Shown one piece after another: positions 48,901 through 58,423 of a stretch of DNA of 64,000 nt; the first letter of the stretch is position 1, and each line of letters begins with the position of its first letter. The notes under the pieces are model-generated. The model had not been told where the DNA came from. It saw nothing but the letters and a program-made list of their open reading frames with translations, and made no database searches. The position numbers and the translations under genes were made by a program. Source of the DNA: Candidatus Gastranaerophilales bacterium (GTDB lineage: Bacteria > Cyanobacteriota > Vampirovibrionia > Gastranaerophilales > Gastranaerophilaceae); NCBI GenBank assembly GCA_944322865.1, contig CALUQJ010000001.1, positions 2,223-66,222 on the forward strand, given 5' to 3'.

Positions 48901-49290
48901 ATGTCAAAAGAAGTTAGCGATTATTATACTAAATACTTCAACGATTGGTTGTTTTTACTGCATGTAGACATTAAAACAGCCTTAGAGATGATTAAGAAAA
49001 AATCAGAAGCTGAAATTAGAGAAATAATTACTCTATCATACAATGAAATCGAAGGTTTGCCTGTCAAATATGATATTGAATTGACAGCCCCTTTGTCATG
49101 TGAAATCAAAGAAGGAACAAAGCTAACCGAAAGAGAAAAAGAATTTTTTGCTCTAGTAAAAAGCGGTTGTAGCCTTGAAGAAATCTCTGCAAAATTAATG
49201 TGCTCTCAAAATGTTGTAAAAACAAACATAAAAATATTTATTGCAAAATTACTTGTCGGACTGTATCCTGATTTAAAAGAAATGCTTTAA
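48901..49290 (+). CDS. Small LuxR/GerE-type HTH protein
   Basis: C-terminus LTEREKEFFALVKSGCSLEEISAKLMCSQNVVKTNIKIFIAKL matches the LuxR-type HTH pattern. Confidence 0.55.
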   Translation: MSKEVSDYYTKYFNDWLFLLHVDIKTALEMIKKKSEAEIREIITLSYNEIEGLPVKYDIELTAPLSCEIKEGTKLTEREKEFFALVKSGCSLEEISAKLMCSQNVVKTNIKIFIAKLLVGLYPDLKEML

Positions 49291-49346
49291 TTATTAACTT
49301 ATGCAGCATGGTGCCACGATGTAATCGGGGCAGACCACCGGACGAC

Positions 49347-49380
49347 AAAAACGGCTTTCGAAAAATTTCCGAAAGCCGTT
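49347..49380 (-). terminator. Rho-independent terminator downstream of tRNA-Pro (palindromic; may also stop the plus-strand islet)
   Basis: ACGGCTTTCG / CGAAAGCCGT 10-bp arms. T5 on the minus strand. Confidence 0.65.
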
Positions 49381-49388
49381 TAAATAAA

Positions 49389-49465
49389 TGGTCGGGATGA
49401 CACGATTTGAACGTGCGACCCCCTCGTCCCAAGCGAGGTGCGCTACCAAGCTGCGCCACATCCCG
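49389..49465 (-). tRNA. tRNA-Pro (anticodon TGG), CCA encoded
   Basis: Acceptor CGGGATG/CATCCCG, D arm GCGC-AGCTTGGTA-GCGC, anticodon arm CCTCG-CTTGGGA-CGAGG, T arm GCACG-TTCAAAT-CGTGT, ACCA 3' end. Confidence 0.93.
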
Positions 49466-49485
49466 ATATCTTATCGGCAATTTCT

Positions 49486-49514
49486 AATTTACATCAAACA
49501 TTTTTTCGCGTCAA
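49486..49514 (-). promoter_or_regulatory. Candidate promoter for tRNA-Pro
   Basis: The minus strand reads TTGACG (49514-49509), 17 nt, TAAATT (49491-49486), about 20 nt before the tRNA 5' end. Confidence 0.4.
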
Positions 49515-49540
49515 TAGCTTTATTAAAAAAATATTACATA

Positions 49541-49566
49541 ATAAAAATAGAGGCTTTGCCTCTATT
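49541..49566 (-). terminator. Terminator after the rubredoxin gene
   Basis: ATAGAGGC/GCCTCTAT hairpin including the stop codon. T5 run on the minus strand. Confidence 0.55.
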
Positions 49567-49717
49567 CTTCCCCGTAGCAGCCTTCATCCACAAGCTCAAA
49601 ACTGTCATGACCCGCATAACACACCGGACATTTCCAATCTTTGGGCAGGTCATCAAATTTTGTACCTTCATCGTTTTCATCGTATATCCAACCGCATACT
49701 AAACATCTGAATTTCAT
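49562..49717 (-). CDS. rub: Rubredoxin (51 aa), absent from the ORF track
   Basis: Hand translation gives [51 protein letters not shown]. Contains the CxxCG...CPxC rubredoxin signature. SD AAAGGAGG sits 6 nt before the ATG. Confidence 0.87.
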   Translation of the reverse strand: MKFRCLVCGWIYDENDEGTKFDDLPKDWKCPVCYAGHDSFELVDEGCYGEE

Positions 49718-49757
49718 TTGTACCTCCTTTTTTAACTTTACTTATTACCTTGTTTTA

Positions 49758-49766
49758 TGTTATAGT
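49758..49766 (+). promoter_or_regulatory. Extended -10 (TGT-TATAGT) 6 nt before the ATG at 49773 (leaderless geometry)
   Basis: TGTTATAGT CAAAGT ATG. No SD. Confidence 0.4.
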
Positions 49767-49772
49767 CAAAGT

Positions 49773-50195
49773 ATGAAACATACATTTGAACAAAAAGTTT
49801 TTTATTCTGATACTGATGCCTATGGTGTTGTCTGGCATGGTGCTTATCTTCGCTGGCTTGAAATGGGCAGGGTTTTCTGGTGCGAATCAGCGGGTCATAA
49901 TCTTGTTGATTTAAAAAATCAGGATATTGTTATGCCTGTTACTAATCTGAATATCCGATACAAAAAATCAGCAAGATTAAATGACGATATTATTATTGAA
50001 ACTTCTATTGCAAAGTTCAATAACCTGGCGGTTACATTCAGGCAGGTTATTAAATCAAAAGAAACCGGTGTAACTTTTGTTGAGGCAGATGTTGATGTCG
50101 TTGCCATTTCTAATGAAGGTAAATTGTACCGCAGAATGCCTGCCATTCTTGCCGAAACTTTTGAAAAGGAGATTAAATGTCCGGTACACGCCTAA
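49773..50195 (+). CDS. Acyl-CoA thioesterase, YbgC/4HBT hotdog family
   Basis: VFYSDTDAYGVVWHGAYLRWLE is the typical N-terminal catalytic Asp region. The track start at 49641 was rejected. Confidence 0.8.
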   Translation: MKHTFEQKVFYSDTDAYGVVWHGAYLRWLEMGRVFWCESAGHNLVDLKNQDIVMPVTNLNIRYKKSARLNDDIIIETSIAKFNNLAVTFRQVIKSKETGVTFVEADVDVVAISNEGKLYRRMPAILAETFEKEIKCPVHA

Positions 50196-50908
50196 ATAAA
50201 TACATCGCCTCCTCAGGGCTCTGTTCAAGACGTAAGGCTGATGAATTAATCGAAAGCGGTGTTGTAAACGTTAATGGTAAAATCGTCAAAGAATTAGGGT
50301 TTATTGTTCAAGAAAAAGACAAAGTCTTTGTTAATCAAAAATTAGTCAGACCTTCACGGCATGAATATTACAGATTTTATAAACCAGCCGGTTATATTAC
50401 GACTTCCGATGATGAAAAAGGTCGTAAAACTATTTATGATCTTCTTCCTGATAACATGCTCTCTCTAAAGCCTGTCGGGCGTCTGGATAAAGATTCAACA
50501 GGACTTTTAATTCTTACTAATGACGGTGATTTGATTAACGAATTAACACATCCTTCAGTTAAAGTTCCTAAGATTTATCTTGTAACTGTTGATGCACGCG
50601 TTCATCCGCATCAGCTGCAAGAAATGGCGTCCGGTATTGAAATTGAAAAAGGAAAAATCGCATATGCTGATGTTATGGTTCTGGAAGCTGATAACAAGCA
50701 CACAATGATGCAAATTACCCTTTATCAGGGGCTGAACAGACAAATCCGAAAAATGTTTGAACACTTCGGGTATGAGGTTAAATCACTCAAGCGTATTCAG
50801 CATGCAAATATTACTCTTGACGGGCTTAGACGCGGTGAATTTAAGCCTATAAAACCTCAGCAAATACGTGAGTTACGCAACTTTTTAAACAGGATAGCAA
50901 ATCAATGA
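50177..50908 (+). CDS. Pseudouridine synthase, RsuA/RluB family, with S4 domain
   Basis: RLNKYIASSGLCSRRKADELI (S4), GRLDKDSTGLLILTNDG, NRQIRKMF. SD AAGGAG. Confidence 0.86.
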   Translation: MSGTRLNKYIASSGLCSRRKADELIESGVVNVNGKIVKELGFIVQEKDKVFVNQKLVRPSRHEYYRFYKPAGYITTSDDEKGRKTIYDLLPDNMLSLKPVGRLDKDSTGLLILTNDGDLINELTHPSVKVPKIYLVTVDARVHPHQLQEMASGIEIEKGKIAYADVMVLEADNKHTMMQITLYQGLNRQIRKMFEHFGYEVKSLKRIQHANITLDGLRRGEFKPIKPQQIRELRNFLNRIANQ

Positions 50909-51471
50909 AAATCGCTGTCGCAGGAAATATTGCCGCAGGAAAATCCGTTGTCCAAAATATTCTTGAAGATTTTGGGTACAAAGTTTTGGACACTGATATT
51001 TGCGGGCATGAGGCTTTAAAACAAGAGGATATTAAAACAGCCCTTTCTGATCTTGATATATTTGTAAACGGTGAAATTTCCCGTGAAAAGCTCGGCTGCC
51101 TTGTATTTAATAATACAGAAATTAAACAAAGACTTGAAAATCTTGTTCACCCTGTTATACAACAGGATATCTTAAACTTTTTTGAACAAAATAAAACCGA
51201 CAAACTTTTATTTGTCGGTATTCCTCTGGTTTTCGAAACGAAAATGGAAAATTTATTTGATAAAATAGTATTTATCTATGCTGATGACGCAATTCGTCTA
51301 CAAAGACTTATCAAGCGCAATCATTACACTGAGGAATATGCTTTGTTAAGGCTTAAGTCACAACTTCCACAGGAAGAAAAACTTTCCCGCTGTGATTATG
51401 TGATTAAGAATAACTGTTCCATTGGAGAACTAAGAGTTCAACTAATGGATTTTATATCAAAATTGAATTAG
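50905..51471 (+). CDS. coaE: Dephospho-CoA kinase
   Basis: IAVAGNIAAGKS P-loop. ATGA overlap with the upstream gene. Confidence 0.85.
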   Translation: MKIAVAGNIAAGKSVVQNILEDFGYKVLDTDICGHEALKQEDIKTALSDLDIFVNGEISREKLGCLVFNNTEIKQRLENLVHPVIQQDILNFFEQNKTDKLLFVGIPLVFETKMENLFDKIVFIYADDAIRLQRLIKRNHYTEEYALLRLKSQLPQEEKLSRCDYVIKNNCSIGELRVQLMDFISKLN

Positions 51472-52376
51472 GCTGCTACCGGAACAAATACTCTTGCATT
51501 TGCAGAATCCTTTACATTTCTGTTTACAAAATCGCTTGCTGCTTTTCCGTTGCCAAGAGATATTTCAACATGCCCATATTGGTCACTGTATCCTGAATCC
51601 CCTTGCGGATAAACGATTACACATCCTGCCGGAAGTTTATCTACATCTTTAGCTGCAACCTTTACTTCTTTAAAATTAGGGTTGCGGCTTAGAATATCAG
51701 CACACTGGTATGCGTGTCCGCTTTCGTAATCCCCGAGTCCTGTTCTTGCGATTGATTCTTTAACTGATCTTGCACAGAACCCAGTAGATTTGGAATTTGC
51801 ATGGCTTAATGCATCCTGTGCTAATTCCATACCCTTTTTCTGGTTATAACCCACCTGATTTAATTCAGGGAGTTTGTTTTTATCACTGACTTTAACTTTT
51901 TTCTTTTTGAACGGATTTAATTTACTCCAGTCAATTTTTTTAACTTTAGCTTCTGTTCTGTGGTATCCGGTGTTTAGTCCAGAAGTCACTGCCGGCGCTG
52001 CCGGTGTTGCTATTGTAGTTGTTGTTACTTTAGCCGGCACCATGCCTGCCATAGCCAAAGGATTTGTAAGATCTACGCCTGCCGGATATCCTTGATAATT
52101 CATAACAGGCTGATATACAGGCTGTGGATATTGATAAACCGGCATTGGCTGTGCATACACTGGCTGTTGATAAACAACATTATTGTTATTTCCGAGTCCC
52201 ATCATTGATAACAGAGCATTTCCTGTTGCCTGCCCCAGTGCAAGCATCCCCATGCCATAAAATACGGAATTATAATAAGGCATACACATCGGCATCATTG
52301 GTCTGAAGTGATGAAAATGATGCGGTCTGCAAGAAGGCATGCAATTTATATTTATGCTTCTGTAAAAGACTGACAT
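51468..52376 (-). CDS. Hypothetical protein: Met/Pro/His/Tyr/Gln-rich N-terminal half, papain-fold (CHAP/NlpC-P60-like) Cys-His domain at the C-terminus
   Basis: STGFCARSVKESI...PAGCVIVYPQGDSGYSDQYGHVEISLGNG fits a Cys...His amidase/peptidase core. Its stop overlaps the coaE stop (convergent). Confidence 0.45.
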   Translation of the reverse strand: MSVFYRSININCMPSCRPHHFHHFRPMMPMCMPYYNSVFYGMGMLALGQATGNALLSMMGLGNNNNVVYQQPVYAQPMPVYQYPQPVYQPVMNYQGYPAGVDLTNPLAMAGMVPAKVTTTTIATPAAPAVTSGLNTGYHRTEAKVKKIDWSKLNPFKKKKVKVSDKNKLPELNQVGYNQKKGMELAQDALSHANSKSTGFCARSVKESIARTGLGDYESGHAYQCADILSRNPNFKEVKVAAKDVDKLPAGCVIVYPQGDSGYSDQYGHVEISLGNGKAASDFVNRNVKDSANARVFVPVAA

Positions 52377-52572
52377 GATTATTTAATCCCCTTAAATTTC
52401 CCCTGTATTTATATAAAGATTTTTGGGATTAAAAAATTGCTTAATATGTAAAGAATTATTAACAGAATTTTTCATCAAGATTGAATATAAGAAACTATAA
52501 CTCTTTTAGCAAAAAAGCATCTAAACAGGATAATTGCAGCTTTTTTTGATATTTGTTGTATCTAACTTTTAA

Positions 52573-52581
52573 TGCTATAAT
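52573..52581 (+). promoter_or_regulatory. Extended -10 (TGC-TATAAT) 6 nt before the ATG at 52588 (leaderless geometry)
   Basis: TGCTATAAT TTTGAT ATG. The ORF then starts with a signal peptide, which supports this ATG. Confidence 0.45.
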
Positions 52582-52587
52582 TTTGAT

Positions 52588-53742
52588 ATGAAGAAACTAA
52601 TAGCAATACTATTAATAATCGTTTTTAATCTTAATACATTGCTGGTGAGTGCAGAAACACTTCAAGGCGGTGTAGAAAAAACAGATACCTATGAACAACA
52701 GCTTCAAAAAGAACTTTTTACCGGCGAAGTTGAGATGCTTGAAAAAAAAGATGTTATTAATATGACAGTATCTCAGGTGCTTGATGCAAATATCAGCATG
52801 GAAGGTGATGAATTTTTTGCAGAAGTTACAAGTGAAGTTGTTGGAGATAAAGGTGTTATTATACCTAAAGGTACAATTGCACACGGCAAAATTACCCAGA
52901 GTGTTGATCCCAAAAGTATGGGACGCTCCGGCTGGATAGAATTGGATTTTGACTATCTTATTACGCCTGACGGCAGAGAAATTCCAATAGAAGGTAAAAT
53001 GTCAACAAAATTACATCCGGTTGCAGAAGCTACCAAAATAATAGCACAGGATGTAGGTTATACAGTTGCAGGTGGCGCTGTAGGCGGTCTTATGGCGCTT
53101 AATTGGCTGGGATTAGAGGCGGCTATAGCTTCTCAAGGGTATACTCTGGCAGGCGGTGCAGCTATAGGCAGTGCGGTTGGATTAGGTATGGCACTGTTAC
53201 GCAAAGGACACGATGTTCTGATAGCCCCGGGTGATGAAATACGTGTTAAAATAAATACCAGTGTGCCGCTGCCTGTTTATCGCGAAGAAGCTTTGCAGCA
53301 GCACGAACTCTTCTACCCGGGATTAGATATCTTGATAAGTAATATAACTCATGAAGAAGATCCGTTCGGCGAATTAAATACCATAACTCTCACTGTTATG
53401 ATAACTAATATGTCAGACAAAACATTCTCCGGACTTGATATGGCATTAGTGAATGATTATAATTCTGTTTTCAGACCGTCAATTTTTGGTGATACAAAAT
53501 TGATGTTTAAACAAATAAAACCCGGTGATAAAATCGCCGGTAGAGTTTCGTTTGCCGTTGACAATATAGACAGAAGTTTCTGGCTGACTTTTTATGACAG
53601 GCGTAACGGAACGGCTTTATCTAAAATTTCAATAGACAATGCTTACCGCAACATTCCGAAAAAATCGAAAAAACGCAATGCTAAAGCACGTAAGCAGAAA
53701 CGCGATTACAAAAAAGAACCTGATTTATTCAACATTGAATAA
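52588..53742 (+). CDS. Secreted/membrane hypothetical protein (signal peptide, Gly-zipper TM region, Ig-like DUF4352-like C-terminal part)
   Basis: MKKLIAILLIIVFNLNTLLVSAET signal peptide. GGAVGGLMALNWLGLEAAIA..GGAAIGSAVGLGMALL. K/R-rich tail. Confidence 0.55.
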   Translation: MKKLIAILLIIVFNLNTLLVSAETLQGGVEKTDTYEQQLQKELFTGEVEMLEKKDVINMTVSQVLDANISMEGDEFFAEVTSEVVGDKGVIIPKGTIAHGKITQSVDPKSMGRSGWIELDFDYLITPDGREIPIEGKMSTKLHPVAEATKIIAQDVGYTVAGGAVGGLMALNWLGLEAAIASQGYTLAGGAAIGSAVGLGMALLRKGHDVLIAPGDEIRVKINTSVPLPVYREEALQQHELFYPGLDILISNITHEEDPFGELNTITLTVMITNMSDKTFSGLDMALVNDYNSVFRPSIFGDTKLMFKQIKPGDKIAGRVSFAVDNIDRSFWLTFYDRRNGTALSKISIDNAYRNIPKKSKKRNAKARKQKRDYKKEPDLFNIE

Positions 53743-53838
53743 ATTATGTAAAATTTTTTTGAAGAATACTTGAAAAAAATATTTTTTGTGTTACATTTAT
53801 AGTAAATAGATAGTTAAAAAGAAAGTAGAGGAATTTAT

Positions 53839-54183
53839 ATGGCATGTGGCAGTCTTGAAATTGATATATTAAACTCAATTTGGAGAATGACAGAAGAAAG
53901 TGAAGACAGAGATATTTCTATCCAAAATATAGTTGACGATTTGTCAGCACACGGAATAGAAAGAGCTTACACTACTATTAAAACAGTTATGGACAGATTG
54001 ACTGTAAAAAGTGTTCTTGTTCGTTACAAGGTTGGTAAAAAATTCTTTTATAAAGCTGCAATGAACAAAGATGAAATGGCAAAAGAATCAGTCAAAGAAA
54101 TTACAGAACAATTTTTTGACGGTAATTATGTAAGTTTATTGCATTTTGTAGAAAAAGAGTGCGATGCTTTGTTAGTTAAGTAA
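53839..54183 (+). CDS. BlaI/MecI/CopY-family transcriptional repressor
   Basis: EIDILNSIW...IVDDL...RAYTTIKTVMDRLTVKSVLVRYKVGKKFFYKA matches the winged-helix pattern of the penicillinase-repressor family. SD AGAGGA. Confidence 0.78.
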   Translation: MACGSLEIDILNSIWRMTEESEDRDISIQNIVDDLSAHGIERAYTTIKTVMDRLTVKSVLVRYKVGKKFFYKAAMNKDEMAKESVKEITEQFFDGNYVSLLHFVEKECDALLVK

Positions 54184-54185
54184 TA

Positions 54186-54578
54186 ATGACAGATAAAAAA
54201 TCCAAAAAGCAGTTACGGCTTGAAGAAAGAAAATATGTCGCGGAGCTTATCAGATATGTGCTTACAGGAAGCCTCTCTGTTAGAGATGCTTTGTTAAATT
54301 ATCCGCGAAGATCAAACAGTGACCAGAGTCTTACTGCTGCTTACCATGCTCTTATTCATTATGAAGCGGATGAAGATTTAAGAGCACGAGATACGTTATA
54401 TAAAGAAGAACAGGATGATTATCTGGAAATGCTTTCTCATATACTTGAAAAAGGAGAAGATTTGCCGGATAATGTTATAAAGAACTATAAAAAGTATTAC
54501 AAATCTGCAAATATTCCGAATGGAAATGATGCAATCGGATTGGTAAAAAGTTTTTTACGTTTTTTGAATATTAGTTAG
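54186..54578 (+). CDS. Hypothetical soluble protein (130 aa)
   Basis: Starts 2 nt after the blaI-like stop. No TM segment and no motif recognised. Confidence 0.5.
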   Translation: MTDKKSKKQLRLEERKYVAELIRYVLTGSLSVRDALLNYPRRSNSDQSLTAAYHALIHYEADEDLRARDTLYKEEQDDYLEMLSHILEKGEDLPDNVIKNYKKYYKSANIPNGNDAIGLVKSFLRFLNIS

Positions 54579-54593
54579 ATAGGAGAATTTAAA

Positions 54594-55631
54594 ATGAAAA
54601 AGGTACTACTTACTTTATTAACTCTGTTACTGGTAAACTCGGCAGTTTTTGCGTTTCCTTTCTTTAAGAAAGACACAACTCTTACAACAGTACCGCTGTT
54701 TTCAACTAAAACAAAAGCAGAAAACACTGTTTGGATCGGAACGTTTCAGCTTGTATGGAATGATTTGATGAATGATATCGTACGCGGCGAAGTTATGCTT
54801 GAAGGCGGCAATGATGATGTTGTAAAAGGTCTGAATAAACAATCCTTCAGCGAAACCATGTTAAGTGAAAATTCATATTACAAAACTCACGGAATTATGA
54901 CAACAACTTTGCGGGATACAATTAACACTTCTTTAATGGAAAAATTTAACGAAACAAGTGATTTGCTGGCAGGAGTGGATTGGAACGGACGCGATTACCT
55001 CTTGTATGCAATGTTGAAAAAAGATTTTCAATTCCCTTATGTGTACGACAAATTAGCTCCTGAAAAGTTCGGCAGCTCCCGCGAAAAAGTAAAATATTTC
55101 GGTATTAATGACAAAAGCGACAGAGGTTTGCGGGAAACTGTTGACGTTATGTTCTACAACTCAAAAAATGATTTTGCGGTAATTCTTAATACAAAGAACA
55201 AAAGTGATCTTGTTCTGTTATATCGAACAAACGACAAACTTTCTCTTGACGAAGCTTACAAGCAAATGTTAGAAAAATCTTTTGAATATGAGGATTCCAA
55301 AAACTTTAAAGAAAAAGATGAATTAAAAATTCCGTTTATAAAATTCAAAAACGACTATACATACAAAAATTTAACCAATAAAAAAATAAAAGGTACAGAT
55401 TTTACGATTGGATCAGCAATGCAGACCGTTGATTTTAACCTTGACAATAAAGGTGTAAAATTAAAAAGTGAAGCCGCTATGATAATGAAAATGTCAATGG
55501 TGTTGCCTGAACATGAACAGGTAAGAAAATTCTATTTTGATGACAATTTCTACCTGTTTTTACAAGAAGGCATGAACGCTCCGTATTTCGGTATGAAGGT
55601 AGGAGATGTGAGCGGAATAAACAAAAAATAG
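54594..55631 (+). CDS. Secreted serpin-like protein (divergent)
   Basis: Signal peptide MKKVLLTLLTLLLVNSAVFA. The C-terminus AMQTVDFNLDNKGVKLKSEAAMIMKMSMVLPEHEQVRKFYFDDNFYLFLQE resembles a serpin s5A-hinge-RCL-s1C/s4B region. SD AGGAG. Confidence 0.4.
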   Translation: MKKVLLTLLTLLLVNSAVFAFPFFKKDTTLTTVPLFSTKTKAENTVWIGTFQLVWNDLMNDIVRGEVMLEGGNDDVVKGLNKQSFSETMLSENSYYKTHGIMTTTLRDTINTSLMEKFNETSDLLAGVDWNGRDYLLYAMLKKDFQFPYVYDKLAPEKFGSSREKVKYFGINDKSDRGLRETVDVMFYNSKNDFAVILNTKNKSDLVLLYRTNDKLSLDEAYKQMLEKSFEYEDSKNFKEKDELKIPFIKFKNDYTYKNLTNKKIKGTDFTIGSAMQTVDFNLDNKGVKLKSEAAMIMKMSMVLPEHEQVRKFYFDDNFYLFLQEGMNAPYFGMKVGDVSGINKK

Positions 55632-55653
55632 GATTAGAAAAGTTTTAACCCAA

Positions 55654-55689
55654 AGCGGCAATGTGTTTAACACATTGCCGCTAATTTTA
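55654..55689. terminator. 12-bp hairpin between convergent genes
   Basis: AGCGGCAATGTG-TTTAA-CACATTGCCGCT followed by AATTTTA. Confidence 0.6.
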
Positions 55690-55725
55690 TTTAATCACAA
55701 AGTCTGATTTTTACCTTGCTGGTAT

Positions 55726-58284
55726 TTATTCTTCAGAAGGTGTATCTAACAGACTTGTCTGTGATACGTTTTGTTCATTTTCTTTTGCATCCATAGCCTG
55801 AACATCTTTTACAATCTGCTCATCTTCATCCGGATTGATTATTTTGTTGACAGAAACAACAGTATCATTTTCCATAAGGTTCTGCGCTCTGACCCCTGTT
55901 GCCGGTCTGCCCTGACGGGAAATTGAACCTGCATTCAGTCTTGTTACAACACCGTTTGCTGTAACCATCATTATATCATCGGATTCTTTTACTATTGTCA
56001 ATGCAACAAGTCTTGAAGCAGATGATTTGAATTTAGTTGCAATCAAACCGATACCGCCCCTGTTTTGAGTTCTAAATTCAGAAAGTTTTGTACGTTTTCC
56101 AAAACCGTCAGATGTTACGACAAGTAAATCTGCATCATAATCACGCGGAACAATATCACAACCGACAATTTCATCACCGGTACGTAATTTCATTGAGGTT
56201 ACACCTTTTGCGCTGCGTCCGAGAGGTCTTAAATCTTCAATCGGGAATCTTATTGCCATACCGCAGGATGTTCCGATAATAATTTCATCGCGTCCGGTTG
56301 CAAGTTTTACCCAGTTGAGTTCATCGCCTTCTTCCAAGCCTATTGCGATAATTCCGCTGCGTCTTATGTTCGAGAAGTTATCTAATTCAATACGCTTAAT
56401 GTTGCCTTTTTTAGTCAGCATAATCAGGTTAAGCTCTTTAGAGAAGGTGCTTACAGGTACAACCGCTGTAATTCTCTCATCCTGTTCAATCGGAAGAACA
56501 TTGATTATCGGCAGCCCTTTTGCCTGACGTCCGCCTTCAGGGAAATCATAAACGCTCAGACTGTAGACCGTTCCTTTTGAGGAGAAGAACAGGACTTTAT
56601 CATGCATCATTGCAGTAAAGAAATGCTGAATATCATCATCCTCTTTGGTTTTAATACCGGATTTACCGCGGGTTGCACGGTTTTGACGTTCAAATGTATC
56701 CAGCGAAATACGTTTCAGATATCCTTGATGAGTAATAAATACTGCCATCGGTGTGTTTGGCGTTAAATCTTCTATCGTAACTTCGCCTTGATCCGGCAGA
56801 ATTTGGGTTTTTCTGTCATCGCCGTATTTTGCTTTATCTTCCAGTAATTCTTTTTTGATAATGTCAAGGATCTTTTGACGGCTGGCAAGAATTTCTTCGT
56901 ATTCGGCTATTTTTTTGATTAATTCGTCATATTCAGCCTTAACTTTATCTTGTTCCAATCCTGTCAATCTTCTTAATTGCATTTCAAGAATTGCATTGGA
57001 CTGATCGACATCAAGTCCGAATCTTGACATCAAACCGTTACGCGCATCATCGGTTGTTTTTGAATTTTTAATGAGTTCAATAACTTCGTCAATTGAAGCC
57101 AGTGCAATGATTAATCCTGCTAAGATATGCGCGCGGATTTTTGCTTTTTTAAGGAAGAAAATAGTTCTTCTTGTAACAATTTCAACTCTGTGTTCAACAA
57201 ACTCACTCAATACCTGATGTAAATTCAATAATCTCGGCTGTTTTCCGCAAAGTGCCAGCATGTTTACACCAAAAGTAGTTGATAACTGGGTGTATTTGAA
57301 CAAATTATTTTTAACGACATCAGGCTTTGCGTCACGTTTCAATTCAATTACGATACGCATACCTTCCCTGTCGGATTCATCACGAATATCGGAAATCCCT
57401 GTAATTCTCTGATCTTTAACAAGTTCAGCTATTTTTTCAATAAGCATGGCTTTGTTAACCTGATAAGGAATTTCGGTCACGACAATAGCTGTTCTTGACT
57501 GGCGCCCGCCGCCGCCTGCTATTTCTTCAAACCCTGCAACCGCCTGCATTTTTATAGAGCCGCGCCCTGTTTCATAAGCCTGCTTGATGTCATTCAAACC
57601 GATAATTGTTGCGGCTGTCGGAAAATCCGGACCTTTGATATATTCCATTAATTCAGCAACCGTGATATTCGGGTTATCAATTAATGCGATTGTACCGTCA
57701 ACAATTTCGCCTAAGTTATGCGGCGGAATATTTGTTGCCATACCAACAGCAATACCGGAAACTCCGTTTAATAAGAGCATCGGAAGTCTTACCGGCAGAA
57801 CAGAAGGTTCTTGAAGGGAGCCGTCAAAGTTTGGCACAAATTCTACTGTTTCACAGTCAATATCCGCGAGCATAGAAGGAGTTATTTTGTTCATTCTGGC
57901 TTCTGTATAACGCATCGCAGCAGCTCCGTCACCGTCAACAGAACCGAAATTTCCATGCCCGTCAACAGTCAGGTATCTTGTGGAAAAATCCTGTGCCATA
58001 CGCACCAATGCTTCATAAACCGCTGTGTCACCGTGCGGGTGGTATTTACCAAGAACTTCGCCGACTATACGGGCACATTTCTTAAACGGTTTATCCGGTG
58101 TCATGCCTAATTCGTTCATTGCATAAAGAATACGTCTGTGTACAGGTTTTAAACCGTCACGTACATCAGGCAGTGCACGACCTACGATTACACTCATTGC
58201 ATAATCTATATATGAGCGTTTCATTTCTTCTCTTATATTAACGGGAATAATTTTTCCGTCTTCAAACATGTTTTGCTGAGCCAA
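55726..58284 (-). CDS. gyrA: DNA gyrase subunit A
   Basis: [37 protein letters not shown] (active Tyr), C-terminal beta-pinwheel repeats. The probable start is the TTG at 58284 (SD AAGGAG 6 nt upstream); the ATG at 58269 or the ORF start at 58308 are also possible. Confidence 0.93.
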   Translation of the reverse strand: MAQQNMFEDGKIIPVNIREEMKRSYIDYAMSVIVGRALPDVRDGLKPVHRRILYAMNELGMTPDKPFKKCARIVGEVLGKYHPHGDTAVYEALVRMAQDFSTRYLTVDGHGNFGSVDGDGAAAMRYTEARMNKITPSMLADIDCETVEFVPNFDGSLQEPSVLPVRLPMLLLNGVSGIAVGMATNIPPHNLGEIVDGTIALIDNPNITVAELMEYIKGPDFPTAATIIGLNDIKQAYETGRGSIKMQAVAGFEEIAGGGGRQSRTAIVVTEIPYQVNKAMLIEKIAELVKDQRITGISDIRDESDREGMRIVIELKRDAKPDVVKNNLFKYTQLSTTFGVNMLALCGKQPRLLNLHQVLSEFVEHRVEIVTRRTIFFLKKAKIRAHILAGLIIALASIDEVIELIKNSKTTDDARNGLMSRFGLDVDQSNAILEMQLRRLTGLEQDKVKAEYDELIKKIAEYEEILASRQKILDIIKKELLEDKAKYGDDRKTQILPDQGEVTIEDLTPNTPMAVFITHQGYLKRISLDTFERQNRATRGKSGIKTKEDDDIQHFFTAMMHDKVLFFSSKGTVYSLSVYDFPEGGRQAKGLPIINVLPIEQDERITAVVPVSTFSKELNLIMLTKKGNIKRIELDNFSNIRRSGIIAIGLEEGDELNWVKLATGRDEIIIGTSCGMAIRFPIEDLRPLGRSAKGVTSMKLRTGDEIVGCDIVPRDYDADLLVVTSDGFGKRTKLSEFRTQNRGGIGLIATKFKSSASRLVALTIVKESDDIMMVTANGVVTRLNAGSISRQGRPATGVRAQNLMENDTVVSVNKIINPDEDEQIVKDVQAMDAKENEQNVSQTSLLDTPSEE

Positions 58285-58423
58285 AATCTTCTCCTTTATC
58301 CAAGTCAATAATTATCCATAACTAAAATATAACACAAAAACACCTGAATTGCCACTTTATTAAAAGACATTAAGCCAAAATTTCCGAATAACGTTATTTT
58401 TAGTAACATAATTATACAAAATG

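Noticed and set aside
53770-53800. Possible BlaI operator (TTACA-TTTA-TAGTAA) upstream of the blaI-like gene.
   Set aside because: It is only an imperfect 4-5 bp inverted repeat in very AT-rich sequence and cannot be distinguished from chance.
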